This document shows positions 9,401 through 15,907 of a stretch of DNA of 28,542 nt, piece by piece. The notes below the pieces were generated by a model that had not been told where the DNA came from, did no database searches, and worked only from the letters and a program-made list of their open reading frames with translations. Position numbers and translations under genes: made by a program. This DNA comes from a virus (Duplodnaviria > Caudoviricetes), in the IMG/VR virus record IMGVR_UViG_3300020365_000095, positions 1 through 28,542 of that record, one strand, 5' to 3'. Numbering within the stretch: the first letter of the stretch is position 1; each line of letters begins with the position of its first letter.

Positions 9401-10797
9401 TGCGTTGTGGTTGAAGAAACAGTAACTAATTCGTTTTCTGTAGCGTTGTTTATAGTAGTTCCTGTATCATTAGCCCATGATATAGTTCCAGAACCATCTG
9501 TTTTTAATATTTGATTAGCTGAACCATCTGATGTAGGTAAGGTTACGGATGTAGTACCAAAACCTATTGCGTCAATATAGGCTGTACCGTCTACATACAT
9601 ATCTTTTATTTGTTTTGAAGAAGTACCAATATCTACAGTGTTATTAGTTACAGGAACTAATGCACCTGCACTACTTAATTCTAAATACTCTGTTAGTGTA
9701 CCATTTAAAGATGTAGAGAAAACAATTTTAGAATCTTGTGATGATGCAGTTGCAGTAAATGTCTGTTCTTTTTTAACAGCTATTTTAGCAGCGTCTACAG
9801 TGTTACCACCTGTGTCTTCTAAATCAAATCTAAGTGACGCTATACCTGTAGTATCTGAAGCATCGCTTTCATTTCTAAGAACAAGAGCTACAAACTCTCC
9901 ATCGGTATCTTGAGTAGATAATACTGAAGCACCTGTTTGAGGTTGAAATTTTACATCTTCTCCAGAACTACCATAAAAATAATAACCATTTACATTTATA
10001 TTACCTGCTAATTGTGTAAGACCTTCAGCCGAAGCAATAGAATCATCTACATATACTTTTCTTGCAGCATCGCCATCGGCACTAGGAGCAGCAAGACCTG
10101 TAATAGAATTACTACCCATAGCTAAATTACCACTCATAGTAGTGCCTGCAAGAGCATCTATGTTAGCTGTACCGTTAATATGCAAGTCTTTAAATTGATT
10201 ACTTGATGTACCTAAATCAATATCATTATCTGTAACTGGTTTAATAACACCATCAGCAAAAGTAACCTGTCCAGTACCTCCTGCAGTAAATGACATTTCA
10301 TCTGTGCCTGAGAAGTATAGACCTTGGTTTGTATCACCTGTGTTTGTAATAACTGGAGCAGAAGCTGATCCGTCTGGTAAAGATACTACACCTGCAGATA
10401 ATGTAACACCTTCATGCACTTCAAGAGTATCTATGTAAGCAGTGCCATCAATATAAAGATCTTTAAATTCTAATGAGCTAGTTCCTAAATCAATATCACT
10501 ATCTGTTACAGGAACGATTGCACCATCTTGTATTCTTATTTGTTCTACTGCAGAAGAAGATACCTCTACAAAGAAACCATGTCTATTATTAGCTGTGTCA
10601 ACAACTATTTTATTAAGTGCATCTACATCAGCTATTAATCCTACATATGCTCCTTCAGTAGAAGAACCATCGTGATTATGTCCTCCACTAAATGCAAATG
10701 CTGCTAGTATTGCATCAAACTCACTGTTAAGTGGGGCTGCTGTAATTGTTTCCCCATCTTGTATACTACTAGAACTTTGTCTTGCGTATCCTGTCAT
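3487..10797 (-). CDS. Long multi-module tail fibre / receptor-binding protein (2436 aa)
   Basis: N-terminal MTGYARQSS...GGHNHDG anchor, repeated P-x-TD-x-DIDLGTSS-x-FKDLY units, G/S/T-rich beta content; lies between nozzle and fibre chaperone. Confidence 0.88.
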   Translation of the reverse strand: MTGYARQSSSSIQDGETITAAPLNSEFDAILAAFAFSGGHNHDGSSTEGAYVGLIADVDALNKIVVDTANNRHGFFVEVSSSAVEQIRIQDGAIVPVTDSDIDLGTSSLEFKDLYIDGTAYIDTLEVHEGVTLSAGVVSLPDGSASAPVITNTGDTNQGLYFSGTDEMSFTAGGTGQVTFADGVIKPVTDNDIDLGTSSNQFKDLHINGTANIDALAGTTMSGNLAMGSNSITGLAAPSADGDAARKVYVDDSIASAEGLTQLAGNINVNGYYFYGSSGEDVKFQPQTGASVLSTQDTDGEFVALVLRNESDASDTTGIASLRFDLEDTGGNTVDAAKIAVKKEQTFTATASSQDSKIVFSTSLNGTLTEYLELSSAGALVPVTNNTVDIGTSSKQIKDMYVDGTAYIDAIGFGTTSVTLPTSDGSANQILKTDGSGTISWANDTGTTINNATENELVTVSSTTTQLDGESNLTFDGTTLTLNGKLAMASNTAGKLLIADGTDFEPTAVTDLSEISTVASDDVLMAIDASGGGLKKITRSNLVSGLATSSAISNVSEDSTPQLGGDLDAQGKDITDVGILSADASAGIYGPTGSPVVFTVTVASKTAAHPYYSDGSSSGYFLNGVESPAIKLHGADSVTSSTEYFYKFDQADSSNSGHPLRFYLDAAKTIAYTTGVTTSGTPGTAGAHTTIAVTDQTPSTLYYQCSAHGYMGNYASVDSANITSSGAVTIDAVGDVTLDADGGDIVFKDAGTTFGSATNTSGNLILKSGTTTALTFSGANATAAGNVIVTGDLTVNGTTTTVNSTTVTIDDPIFTLGGDSAPGSDDNKDRGIEFRWHNGSDAKVGFFGYDDSASAFTFIPDATNSSEVFSGTAGNVVFGNITGTLQTAAQTNITSVGALDGGSITSGFGAIDNGTSGIRTNTFTAETSVVPDASGGADLGTSSLEWGDLYIADDKKIYLGSDQDVSIEYDEDGNDTTAIVAANGISFAPHGSSAGNGTELRFQELAANGANYVGFKAPDAISSNEVWVLPNTDGSADQVLKTDGSNNLSWVDQSGGGSAAFTASGSITAGKPLILNSSGQAEQVAVSVTAVTESIGTQQAIQSHGTTAVDAPVGCALTTDKILIAYIRNDNKKLMAKIGTVAADKTISFGSEVEVHDGGSGTIDDPSVAYDSNAGRIGIFFSENDGGTNPYKFYAATASFSGTTLTVNTPADIGNIDANGRVVSVPVYDPDRNKVVVFVEGDTDYNTVTAMEMDLSGSSPSINHQTAVTGTHFSEGRSSRYSNVVYDTSSNRFLYMYGDDDDSSQIKVKVVQNTGSAFTWGSSVDVETEDNGSDSRAAIGYDPVNNKALVVFGSSASGSSAKFYYSVGTITGGGTNSSSWTTPVEYPNFVPGDGTYDWRMVYHQAANETASGRFVFYMPNADGSSEGVVLRTGTLSGNTLTLSDTENVLKASSNSLGHGTMFGPLTGMDNNPIVATWGADSTPYLTIYHAPVDQVSNLTGTNFLGLAAASASNGQSVNVTIDSGVNENQSSLTAGTKYFATDSGTVATSGTVFLGEALSSTSIQLEPASGTNANQLVRLDANSKLPAVDALELTNLPNFENQDMVIASGSDAISAGHVVTEESNGETAKVKKTTTTQNLSFGAATTSTALTTAGNDLGGSYGANKRVWQNCAVANDSGKYVIVHSGASSSYGVRFQIYEYDSASSTWYDRSAGHNYHGSNPSQSNGKVTVNQTYDYFYITTDNLGGSAQIMELRWHKNMNSAEGGTYMVFYDYHASAGNIQRYAHPFTISSDNIVKMYSRLELLRHPDYSNDDHMSNDSSVISMGTDEMVVVACSQWYMYYSHPYQSHFVISTRRLTYDGDSGLSNPYQATTLSNQKFTSINGQGSMQTQQYPIRTMYDYTNDRLGVAWVDTNIRHRYTCWTNTGSSSSYTWTPQYTEQLLSDHNGNVQSHANYRLDQQKADGKGRVLYTISHYYNPGTGNQYKKYFFCIAMGSSSLTVQTVRQDNYGSNTTYISSGNPTLHYDYLNDIYIVPRGSLAQPGLNQNMSVYSPSGTGITETTNVSGGGQSQAIQVGNMLAIVDTMSISSFTNANAGKWLQVNSTDSNVWKNTTSFGTDGGDTYYASGNIPHTLTTHTTNKALAFGFAQEAGTAGDTIQVLPFTSNSLEKNQSSLTDGTKYYVSSTGALVTVTTPDSDINADPNNPFVGEAVGTTRLRLPTRSDTTISGDARIFCGSYDFRVDGSSTAQNVLISLPSSYTASNVRAYEINYYGIGFASDGNHFTFKPYNGSSSVLSGNTVYMSIFSAYDSSDRVQTSKAVSAGFPLQRGDGTARDAYSGNDVDNPKQNYDNTSGHGGQLNGRAIYTNSLRNGSYDYSSTWRWGSSATNHAFARGIVSLGNGSSTSNYADGFYFYIGDDSQAEQSTAIMEGVVSVYAIIG

Positions 10798-12362
10798 TAT
10801 CTTACTCCTGCCTCTCCAAATTGTACTGCAAACCCATGTATGGTATATGGGTTAGCACTTGACACTGTAACAAATTTAAATTGTATAGCATGCCCTGATC
10901 CTTGTATGGCTTGTCTTATAACCGGTTTAGTAGCACCACCATAAACAAACCCTGCTGTATTATATGCTGTTTCGGTATCTCTATATTCAGCATAACCACC
11001 AGTTGATGCTATTGTATAATCATTAGGACTTGCATAATCAGAATCTAACCAATCATAATCTGCTGTCACAATAAAATTATTATCACCTTCTGGCCTAGTA
11101 AATACAGTAACCTGTGAAAACACTTTTCTTTTTTCTGTATTACCAAAATCTAAAAACGGAGATACATATGTTGCATAAACATTATCGTCTTGAAATGTAC
11201 CACCTTGTTCTTGTCTATATACGTATCCGCTATGATCTCCATGAAGTACGTATTCATCATCTCCTACAAAACCACTAACAGCACAATTAGCTTGTATACC
11301 TCTTAACTCGCTAAATTCCCAACCTGTTCTTTGATCTGAGGTACGTAAACCTCCTAAAAATCCTGATGTGTTTACTGCGGTAAGAGTAGCCTTACCAAAC
11401 ATATATCTGAATTGAGATTTCTCTCTTACAACAGTACTACATAATTGCTCATTTGTAAAATTAATATCATATAAATTTAGTACTTGTTGTATTGGTTTTG
11501 ATATAGTTGCTAATTCAACGTCACCTATTCTTTCTGTTCCTTGTACTGTTCTTATACCATCTGGAGCAAGAAATATAACATCACCACCTATTTCTTGAAT
11601 GCTATCACTTGCAACACAACCTACACTATTAGATACTTCTTGTATTACAAAAGAATTTATGCTGTCTCCAGATAATCTTCTTATATCGTTTTTACCAAAT
11701 ATATATAAATTATCTCTAAATCTTTTTATTCCTGTAATGTCAAAACCAACATTAACACTACCTGCACCACTTGCTGCTGTAAAATTACTATCGCTATTTG
11801 GTGCAGTAAATACTAATAACTGAGGTGATTGACTCATCCCTGCAAAAAATATTCTATTTTTAAATGCTTCTGCAAAGCTAGCATTATCTACATCTGTTGA
11901 ACCATTTAATTTAGTCCAAGAAGTATCAACTAATCTCATTGGATAATTAATACCATCTGTTAATATTAAACTTTTATTTCCTGTTACAGAATGATTTAGT
12001 CCTCTAATTCTAACTACGTTAGTAGCAGATTGTCCTGCAGTTAAACTAACGCTTGACCACCCTGCTCCTGAAACATATTTAAGAACATCATAATCTGTTC
12101 CTGATGATTTTTTTCTTGCTGCATATATTACATCATTGTATATAAATAAACCTAAAATAGCTCCTGTCCCTGCAGGCCTGTTGTATGTAGCATCTATATA
12201 CTTGTAACCACTTATTCTTCTATATCCACCAAAAGGTGATACTTCAAAATTAACTAATCTAGTTGCTGCTCCAGGTAGATTATCACTAAGAGTTAAAAAA
12301 TCTTCGTTAGTGTATAATCCTCCTCTGCATGGTATTTTAAGTGTTGCAAGCCTATCAGTCAT
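10797..12362 (-). CDS. Tail nozzle / tubular protein B-like (beta-propeller, P22 gp10 / T7 gp12 type)
   Basis: 521 aa with propeller-like repeats (FKNRIFF, FRDNLYIF, GCVASDSI, VIFLAPDGI); follows the adaptor gene. Confidence 0.75.
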   Translation of the reverse strand: MTDRLATLKIPCRGGLYTNEDFLTLSDNLPGAATRLVNFEVSPFGGYRRISGYKYIDATYNRPAGTGAILGLFIYNDVIYAARKKSSGTDYDVLKYVSGAGWSSVSLTAGQSATNVVRIRGLNHSVTGNKSLILTDGINYPMRLVDTSWTKLNGSTDVDNASFAEAFKNRIFFAGMSQSPQLLVFTAPNSDSNFTAASGAGSVNVGFDITGIKRFRDNLYIFGKNDIRRLSGDSINSFVIQEVSNSVGCVASDSIQEIGGDVIFLAPDGIRTVQGTERIGDVELATISKPIQQVLNLYDINFTNEQLCSTVVREKSQFRYMFGKATLTAVNTSGFLGGLRTSDQRTGWEFSELRGIQANCAVSGFVGDDEYVLHGDHSGYVYRQEQGGTFQDDNVYATYVSPFLDFGNTEKRKVFSQVTVFTRPEGDNNFIVTADYDWLDSDYASPNDYTIASTGGYAEYRDTETAYNTAGFVYGGATKPVIRQAIQGSGHAIQFKFVTVSSANPYTIHGFAVQFGEAGVR

Positions 12363-13056
12363 TTATTACATTAGAAACACGAGTGTCTCTTATCCTTATA
12401 TAACGATTAATCAGTATCTGACGCATCTTTTCTATTCCGTCTGTAAATACTTTTTTACTTAAAGATGCTAATTCTACATTATCTCTCATCATATAAAGAT
12501 GATATACAGCCCCATCTATTAATACATTTTTATATTGATTCGGTGTTTCTGGTACATCCCCATGTAAATCAAGTTCGGTAGCTGTTTTAAAATATGTATA
12601 TTTCAATACATATGCTTTATCTGGTGTAGGGCTTACACCTATCTTATAGTCTGGAGTTAAGTATACGTATATAGGAGTATCGTAATCTCCTGAATCTCTT
12701 TGTTCATCTCTTTCTTTATACCTATCTACGTATTCTGTGTAAGAAAGAGGTATTAAATGTGTTTCTTCTACATTAAGTGTATCGTCTCTATCTATTAATA
12801 CAGTGTCAAGATCTATACTTAAATGTCCTGACGTTATACTGTACTCATTTGTTCCTGCGGTTAATGTCTGACTAGTTGTAGCATAAGCAAAAGGCCACTC
12901 TTGTTCAGACATAAAAATATCTCTTTGTGAATTGTTTATAGCATCTTGTGCTAATTTTTGTATTCCTGTAGCAGTAGGAAAAGTTGACGATGTTAATTCA
13001 ACTTCGTTCAACCTTCTTAGTACTTCGTTTGTTGTTGATAAATATGTATATGCCAT
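12355..13056 (-). CDS. Tail adaptor / tubular protein A-like
   Basis: 233 aa; N-terminal YLSTTNEVLRRLNE and EWPF motif typical of podovirus gp11-type adaptors; position after head genes. Confidence 0.75.
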   Translation of the reverse strand: MAYTYLSTTNEVLRRLNEVELTSSTFPTATGIQKLAQDAINNSQRDIFMSEQEWPFAYATTSQTLTAGTNEYSITSGHLSIDLDTVLIDRDDTLNVEETHLIPLSYTEYVDRYKERDEQRDSGDYDTPIYVYLTPDYKIGVSPTPDKAYVLKYTYFKTATELDLHGDVPETPNQYKNVLIDGAVYHLYMMRDNVELASLSKKVFTDGIEKMRQILINRYIRIRDTRVSNVIND

Positions 13057-13100
13057 AAAATAAATAGTAGGAAGGACAAGAAATACTTATCCCTCCTACT
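13057..13100 (-). terminator. Intrinsic terminator after the capsid and decoration genes
   Basis: Sense AGTAGGAGGGATAAG-TATTT-CTTGTCCTTCCTACT (15-bp stem with G-U pairs) followed by ATTTATTTT; same position as T7 Tphi. Confidence 0.8.
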
Positions 13101-13113
13101 CCTAGAAAAATAT

Positions 13114-13647
13114 TTATGCTAATAAATCTCTATCTGCTACATTTCTTCCTGTTTGTTGAGAAGAAATGTCAGCTAGGACTGCATAAACTCTAAGTACGCC
13201 ACTAACCATGTTAGCATCACCTACAGAAATCTTAACATCAATAGTATCTGCTGTAGATATTAAAGCTGTATAAGTATTTGCTGCACCTGTGTTAACGATG
13301 TTAGCTTGACCATTAGTACCTGCTGCGAGGTATCCAGTTGATGTTAAGTCACCACCGTCTACAATGTCGTCACCTTCTGCAAAATCAATATCTGCAGCAG
13401 CCGAGCTACCTGTAAAAGCTGTAGTAACTTCAGCACCTGCTGCAATAACAATAGTATTAGCAGGAACTTCTAGTAATTGAAAAATATCGCCACTAGCAAC
13501 ATTAGAAAAAGTTCCTTCTGTTACTAATTTAGCAACGTCTAATTCTTTTTCAATTACATATGCTCCTCTACGATTACCTGGTAGAGTTGCTGTTGAGTCA
13601 GAACTAACGCCTGTAGTGGATTTAGCTGTTAAATCATAAGTTGCCAT
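13114..13647 (-). CDS. Putative capsid decoration / minor capsid protein
   Basis: 177 aa, A/G/T-rich beta protein immediately after MCP, strong GGGAG RBS, upstream of the terminator. Confidence 0.65.
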   Translation of the reverse strand: MATYDLTAKSTTGVSSDSTATLPGNRRGAYVIEKELDVAKLVTEGTFSNVASGDIFQLLEVPANTIVIAAGAEVTTAFTGSSAAADIDFAEGDDIVDGGDLTSTGYLAAGTNGQANIVNTGAANTYTALISTADTIDVKISVGDANMVSGVLRVYAVLADISSQQTGRNVADRDLLA

Positions 13648-13659
13648 GTTTTATCTCCC

Positions 13660-14733
13660 TTACGCTGCGTTATATTTAGCTGTCACAATGCCTTCAGGTC
13701 TTAGGATTTTTCTTCCGTACATCTGCATTCCTCTGACTATGTCAGCGAATGATTCAGGATCACGGTAAGATTCAACTTTATTGATCTGAGAAGCAGTTGC
13801 TACTGCTGAACTATGTCCTGCAACAATAACACCATAGTTAGAATTTTGGTTAGCATCACCAGAGGTTGCTGAACCAGTTCCAACTGAAGGTAAGTTACTA
13901 GAAACATATACTTCGAAACCATGCAGATTACCGACTGAAATACCATTTACAAGTCCACCTTTATCTGCGGTGTCATTGTTTAATAGTCTAGAATCTTCAT
14001 CTGATAATAGTTCCATAAATACAGGATCGACTACTAGCCAACGACCTGCTGTATCAACTTGTTGTTGATTCAATAATCTAGCCATTCTAGCTACTACTTG
14101 AAGCGGTGTTGCAGTAGCTGTCGCTGCTGCTGTTGCTCCAGGCATTCTTACTGCTAGAGGGATAGAATGATCGCCTGCTGAAGAAGTTGTAATGTTACCA
14201 AAATCACCTTTTTTCAAGATCATTGAGGATAATAATTCATTACTTCCTGCTGTGCTTACAGCTTTAGTGCCTGATACTGTGTCATTAGCAGTATCTGCAA
14301 CTGAACTTAAAGCTGATTGTTTAAAACCAGATAGGTAACCAAGAACTTCTTGATCGTATTGATCACGAAGTCTATAGCCTGCTCTATCTGATGCCATGCT
14401 TTCAAAATTAATATGAGAGTGAGCTTCCTCAATATCATCCATTTTAAAAGCAAAGTAGTTTGCCTGATCAACAACTAGTGTAAAATCCTCATCGTCTAAG
14501 TCTTGCGGTGTGACTGTAGTACCACGAGAATAAGCTTTCACTGTTATTTCTGGCTCTTTAATAATACGAACTGTATCACCAAAGTTTGCAATTTCTCCAA
14601 AGTAGTCATTGTTAGTAATAGATTCAGCAACGGAACTCTTACGAAAAGCTTGTTGAACCTTTTGACTGTAAATAACTGGAGAGAAATTACCATTAGGTAG
14701 GTTAGTATAACCTGACGCTACTTTAAAAGCCAT
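13660..14733 (-). CDS. Major capsid protein (HK97 fold, HMO-2011/cobavirus type)
   Basis: MAFKVASGYTNLPNGNFSPVIYSQKV, GDTVRII and C-terminal ADIVRGMQMYGRKILRPE. Start set at 14733 (AAGGAG at 14741-14746) rather than 14766. Confidence 0.92.
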   Translation of the reverse strand: MAFKVASGYTNLPNGNFSPVIYSQKVQQAFRKSSVAESITNNDYFGEIANFGDTVRIIKEPEITVKAYSRGTTVTPQDLDDEDFTLVVDQANYFAFKMDDIEEAHSHINFESMASDRAGYRLRDQYDQEVLGYLSGFKQSALSSVADTANDTVSGTKAVSTAGSNELLSSMILKKGDFGNITTSSAGDHSIPLAVRMPGATAAATATATPLQVVARMARLLNQQQVDTAGRWLVVDPVFMELLSDEDSRLLNNDTADKGGLVNGISVGNLHGFEVYVSSNLPSVGTGSATSGDANQNSNYGVIVAGHSSAVATASQINKVESYRDPESFADIVRGMQMYGRKILRPEGIVTAKYNAA

Positions 14734-14763
14734 CTGTTTTCTCCTTTTTATATTAGAGGCCAA

Positions 14764-14857
14764 CAAACGATAACCTCACTTCGTAAGGGCTGATGCTGAA
14801 AATGGGTGTCTATGCCTAGAGGCCATAACATCAGGTAGCCTGAGTGAATTTCGTTTG
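14764..14857 (-). ncRNA. Candidate structured cis-element in the MCP 5' leader
   Basis: Nested sense-strand pairings CAAACGA/TCGTTTG, TCACT/AGTGA, GGC..TGATG/CATCA-GCC, capped by hairpin TCTA-GGCA-TAGA. Confidence 0.5.
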
Positions 14858-14924
14858 GTAAGTGTAGGGTGGGATAGATGTCAAATACATTTGACACTTT
14901 CGGCCTACTACGATTGTAGTATAT

Positions 14925-14958
14925 GTTACATACATATACAAAAAATAGGTTTTGTCAA
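14925..14958 (-). promoter_or_regulatory. Putative late promoter TTGACAAAAC-N11-ATATGTATGT, overlapping a weak terminator hairpin after the scaffold gene
   Basis: Same motif with the same spacing at 26680-26709; AATAGGTT-GACAA-AACCTATT-TTTT hairpin overlaps it. Confidence 0.5.
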
Positions 14959-14965
14959 CCTATTA

Positions 14966-15838
14966 TTACTGTCTAGCTGCTCCACTAACATCATATTCAA
15001 AGTTTCCAGAACGTATTGCATTAGCAATAGCTTCTTCATTTGCTGAATATTCTTGTGATGTCATTCTTGCAACATCAGACTCTTTTATGATATCTGAAGA
15101 ACTAGCAGTGTCTGAAGGGGTAGAACCACCTTTTGTTTTTACTGCTTTGGCAGCATCTGTAGACTTTGCTTTTTTCTTACCTGTAATACCCATATCTGCT
15201 TTATATAAATCAATAGCACGAGCCGCAGCCTTAGCATCGGTTTCGTTATCATATAAAGCTTTTTGGATATATTGAGGTTGTTCTTCAGCCCAATCATGAA
15301 ATTTAACATCATTTCTAATGTCTTCAAAATCAGGATGTAATCTCATTAATTCTGCTTCTGCTATTTGTTTTGCTGATTTTTGTTCTTTTTTAGCAATAGA
15401 TTCTAAGCGTTCTTCAATAGATGCATTCATTTCTTTTGATTTTTTAATAGCAATAGTTTCTATTATTCTTGCTACATCCGGATATTCAGCAGACCATGCT
15501 TCTAGTTCTTCATCTGTTTTAGGAAGCTTTATTTGTTTCTTAGTAGCTTCTGCTAACTGTTTTTTAACTTTTTCAAGCTCTGCATCTTTTTCATCTGCAA
15601 CTTTTTGAGCATGTCTTCTTAAATCACCATATCTTTTCTTAAATGATGCTTCTTCAGCATTAGCAGGTTCTTCTGTAACTTCTTCAGTTGTTTCTTCTTT
15701 AGAACCTTCTCTTGCTTTTAATTCTTCTTCAGCAGCCAACTCTTGCATAGTTGGTTCTGCTCTTTTATACCTTACAGGCTTTTTCATAATTGTATCGCCT
15801 GTGGCTTCATCTTTTTTTACTTCTACTTCTTCTGACAT
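14966..15838 (-). CDS. Capsid scaffolding protein
   Basis: 290 aa, E/K/A-rich helical; FKKRYGDLRRH, HPDF..I....F..W motifs; immediately upstream of MCP; AAGGAG RBS. Confidence 0.82.
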   Translation of the reverse strand: MSEEVEVKKDEATGDTIMKKPVRYKRAEPTMQELAAEEELKAREGSKEETTEEVTEEPANAEEASFKKRYGDLRRHAQKVADEKDAELEKVKKQLAEATKKQIKLPKTDEELEAWSAEYPDVARIIETIAIKKSKEMNASIEERLESIAKKEQKSAKQIAEAELMRLHPDFEDIRNDVKFHDWAEEQPQYIQKALYDNETDAKAAARAIDLYKADMGITGKKKAKSTDAAKAVKTKGGSTPSDTASSSDIIKESDVARMTSQEYSANEEAIANAIRSGNFEYDVSGAARQ

Positions 15839-15851
15839 TTATTTCTCCTTT

Positions 15852-15897
15852 ATGGGGCTACTCAGTTGCCTATTGCTAGGGGTTAGTAGGTAGCCAT
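15852..15897 (-). ncRNA. Candidate structured cis-element in the scaffold 5' leader
   Basis: GGCTAC/GTAGCC stem enclosing a CCTA-GCAA-TAGG GNRA hairpin, directly before the RBS; resembles the MCP leader. Confidence 0.5.
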
Positions 15898-15907
15898 TAA
15901 ACAGTGC

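Noticed and set aside
13648-13700. T7 10A/10B-style frameshift from MCP into the decoration gene
   Set aside because: No slippery heptamer seen near the MCP stop; the downstream gene has its own strong RBS.
14734-14766. Longer N-termini in the ORF track (MCP 14766; also 3224, 25817, 27979)
   Set aside because: Downstream ATGs have clear RBS or stop-start coupling.
14786-14805. CTGATG...GAAA as a hammerhead ribozyme core
   Set aside because: Reads CTGATGC rather than CUGANGA, there is no stem II before GAAA, and it is on the antisense strand.
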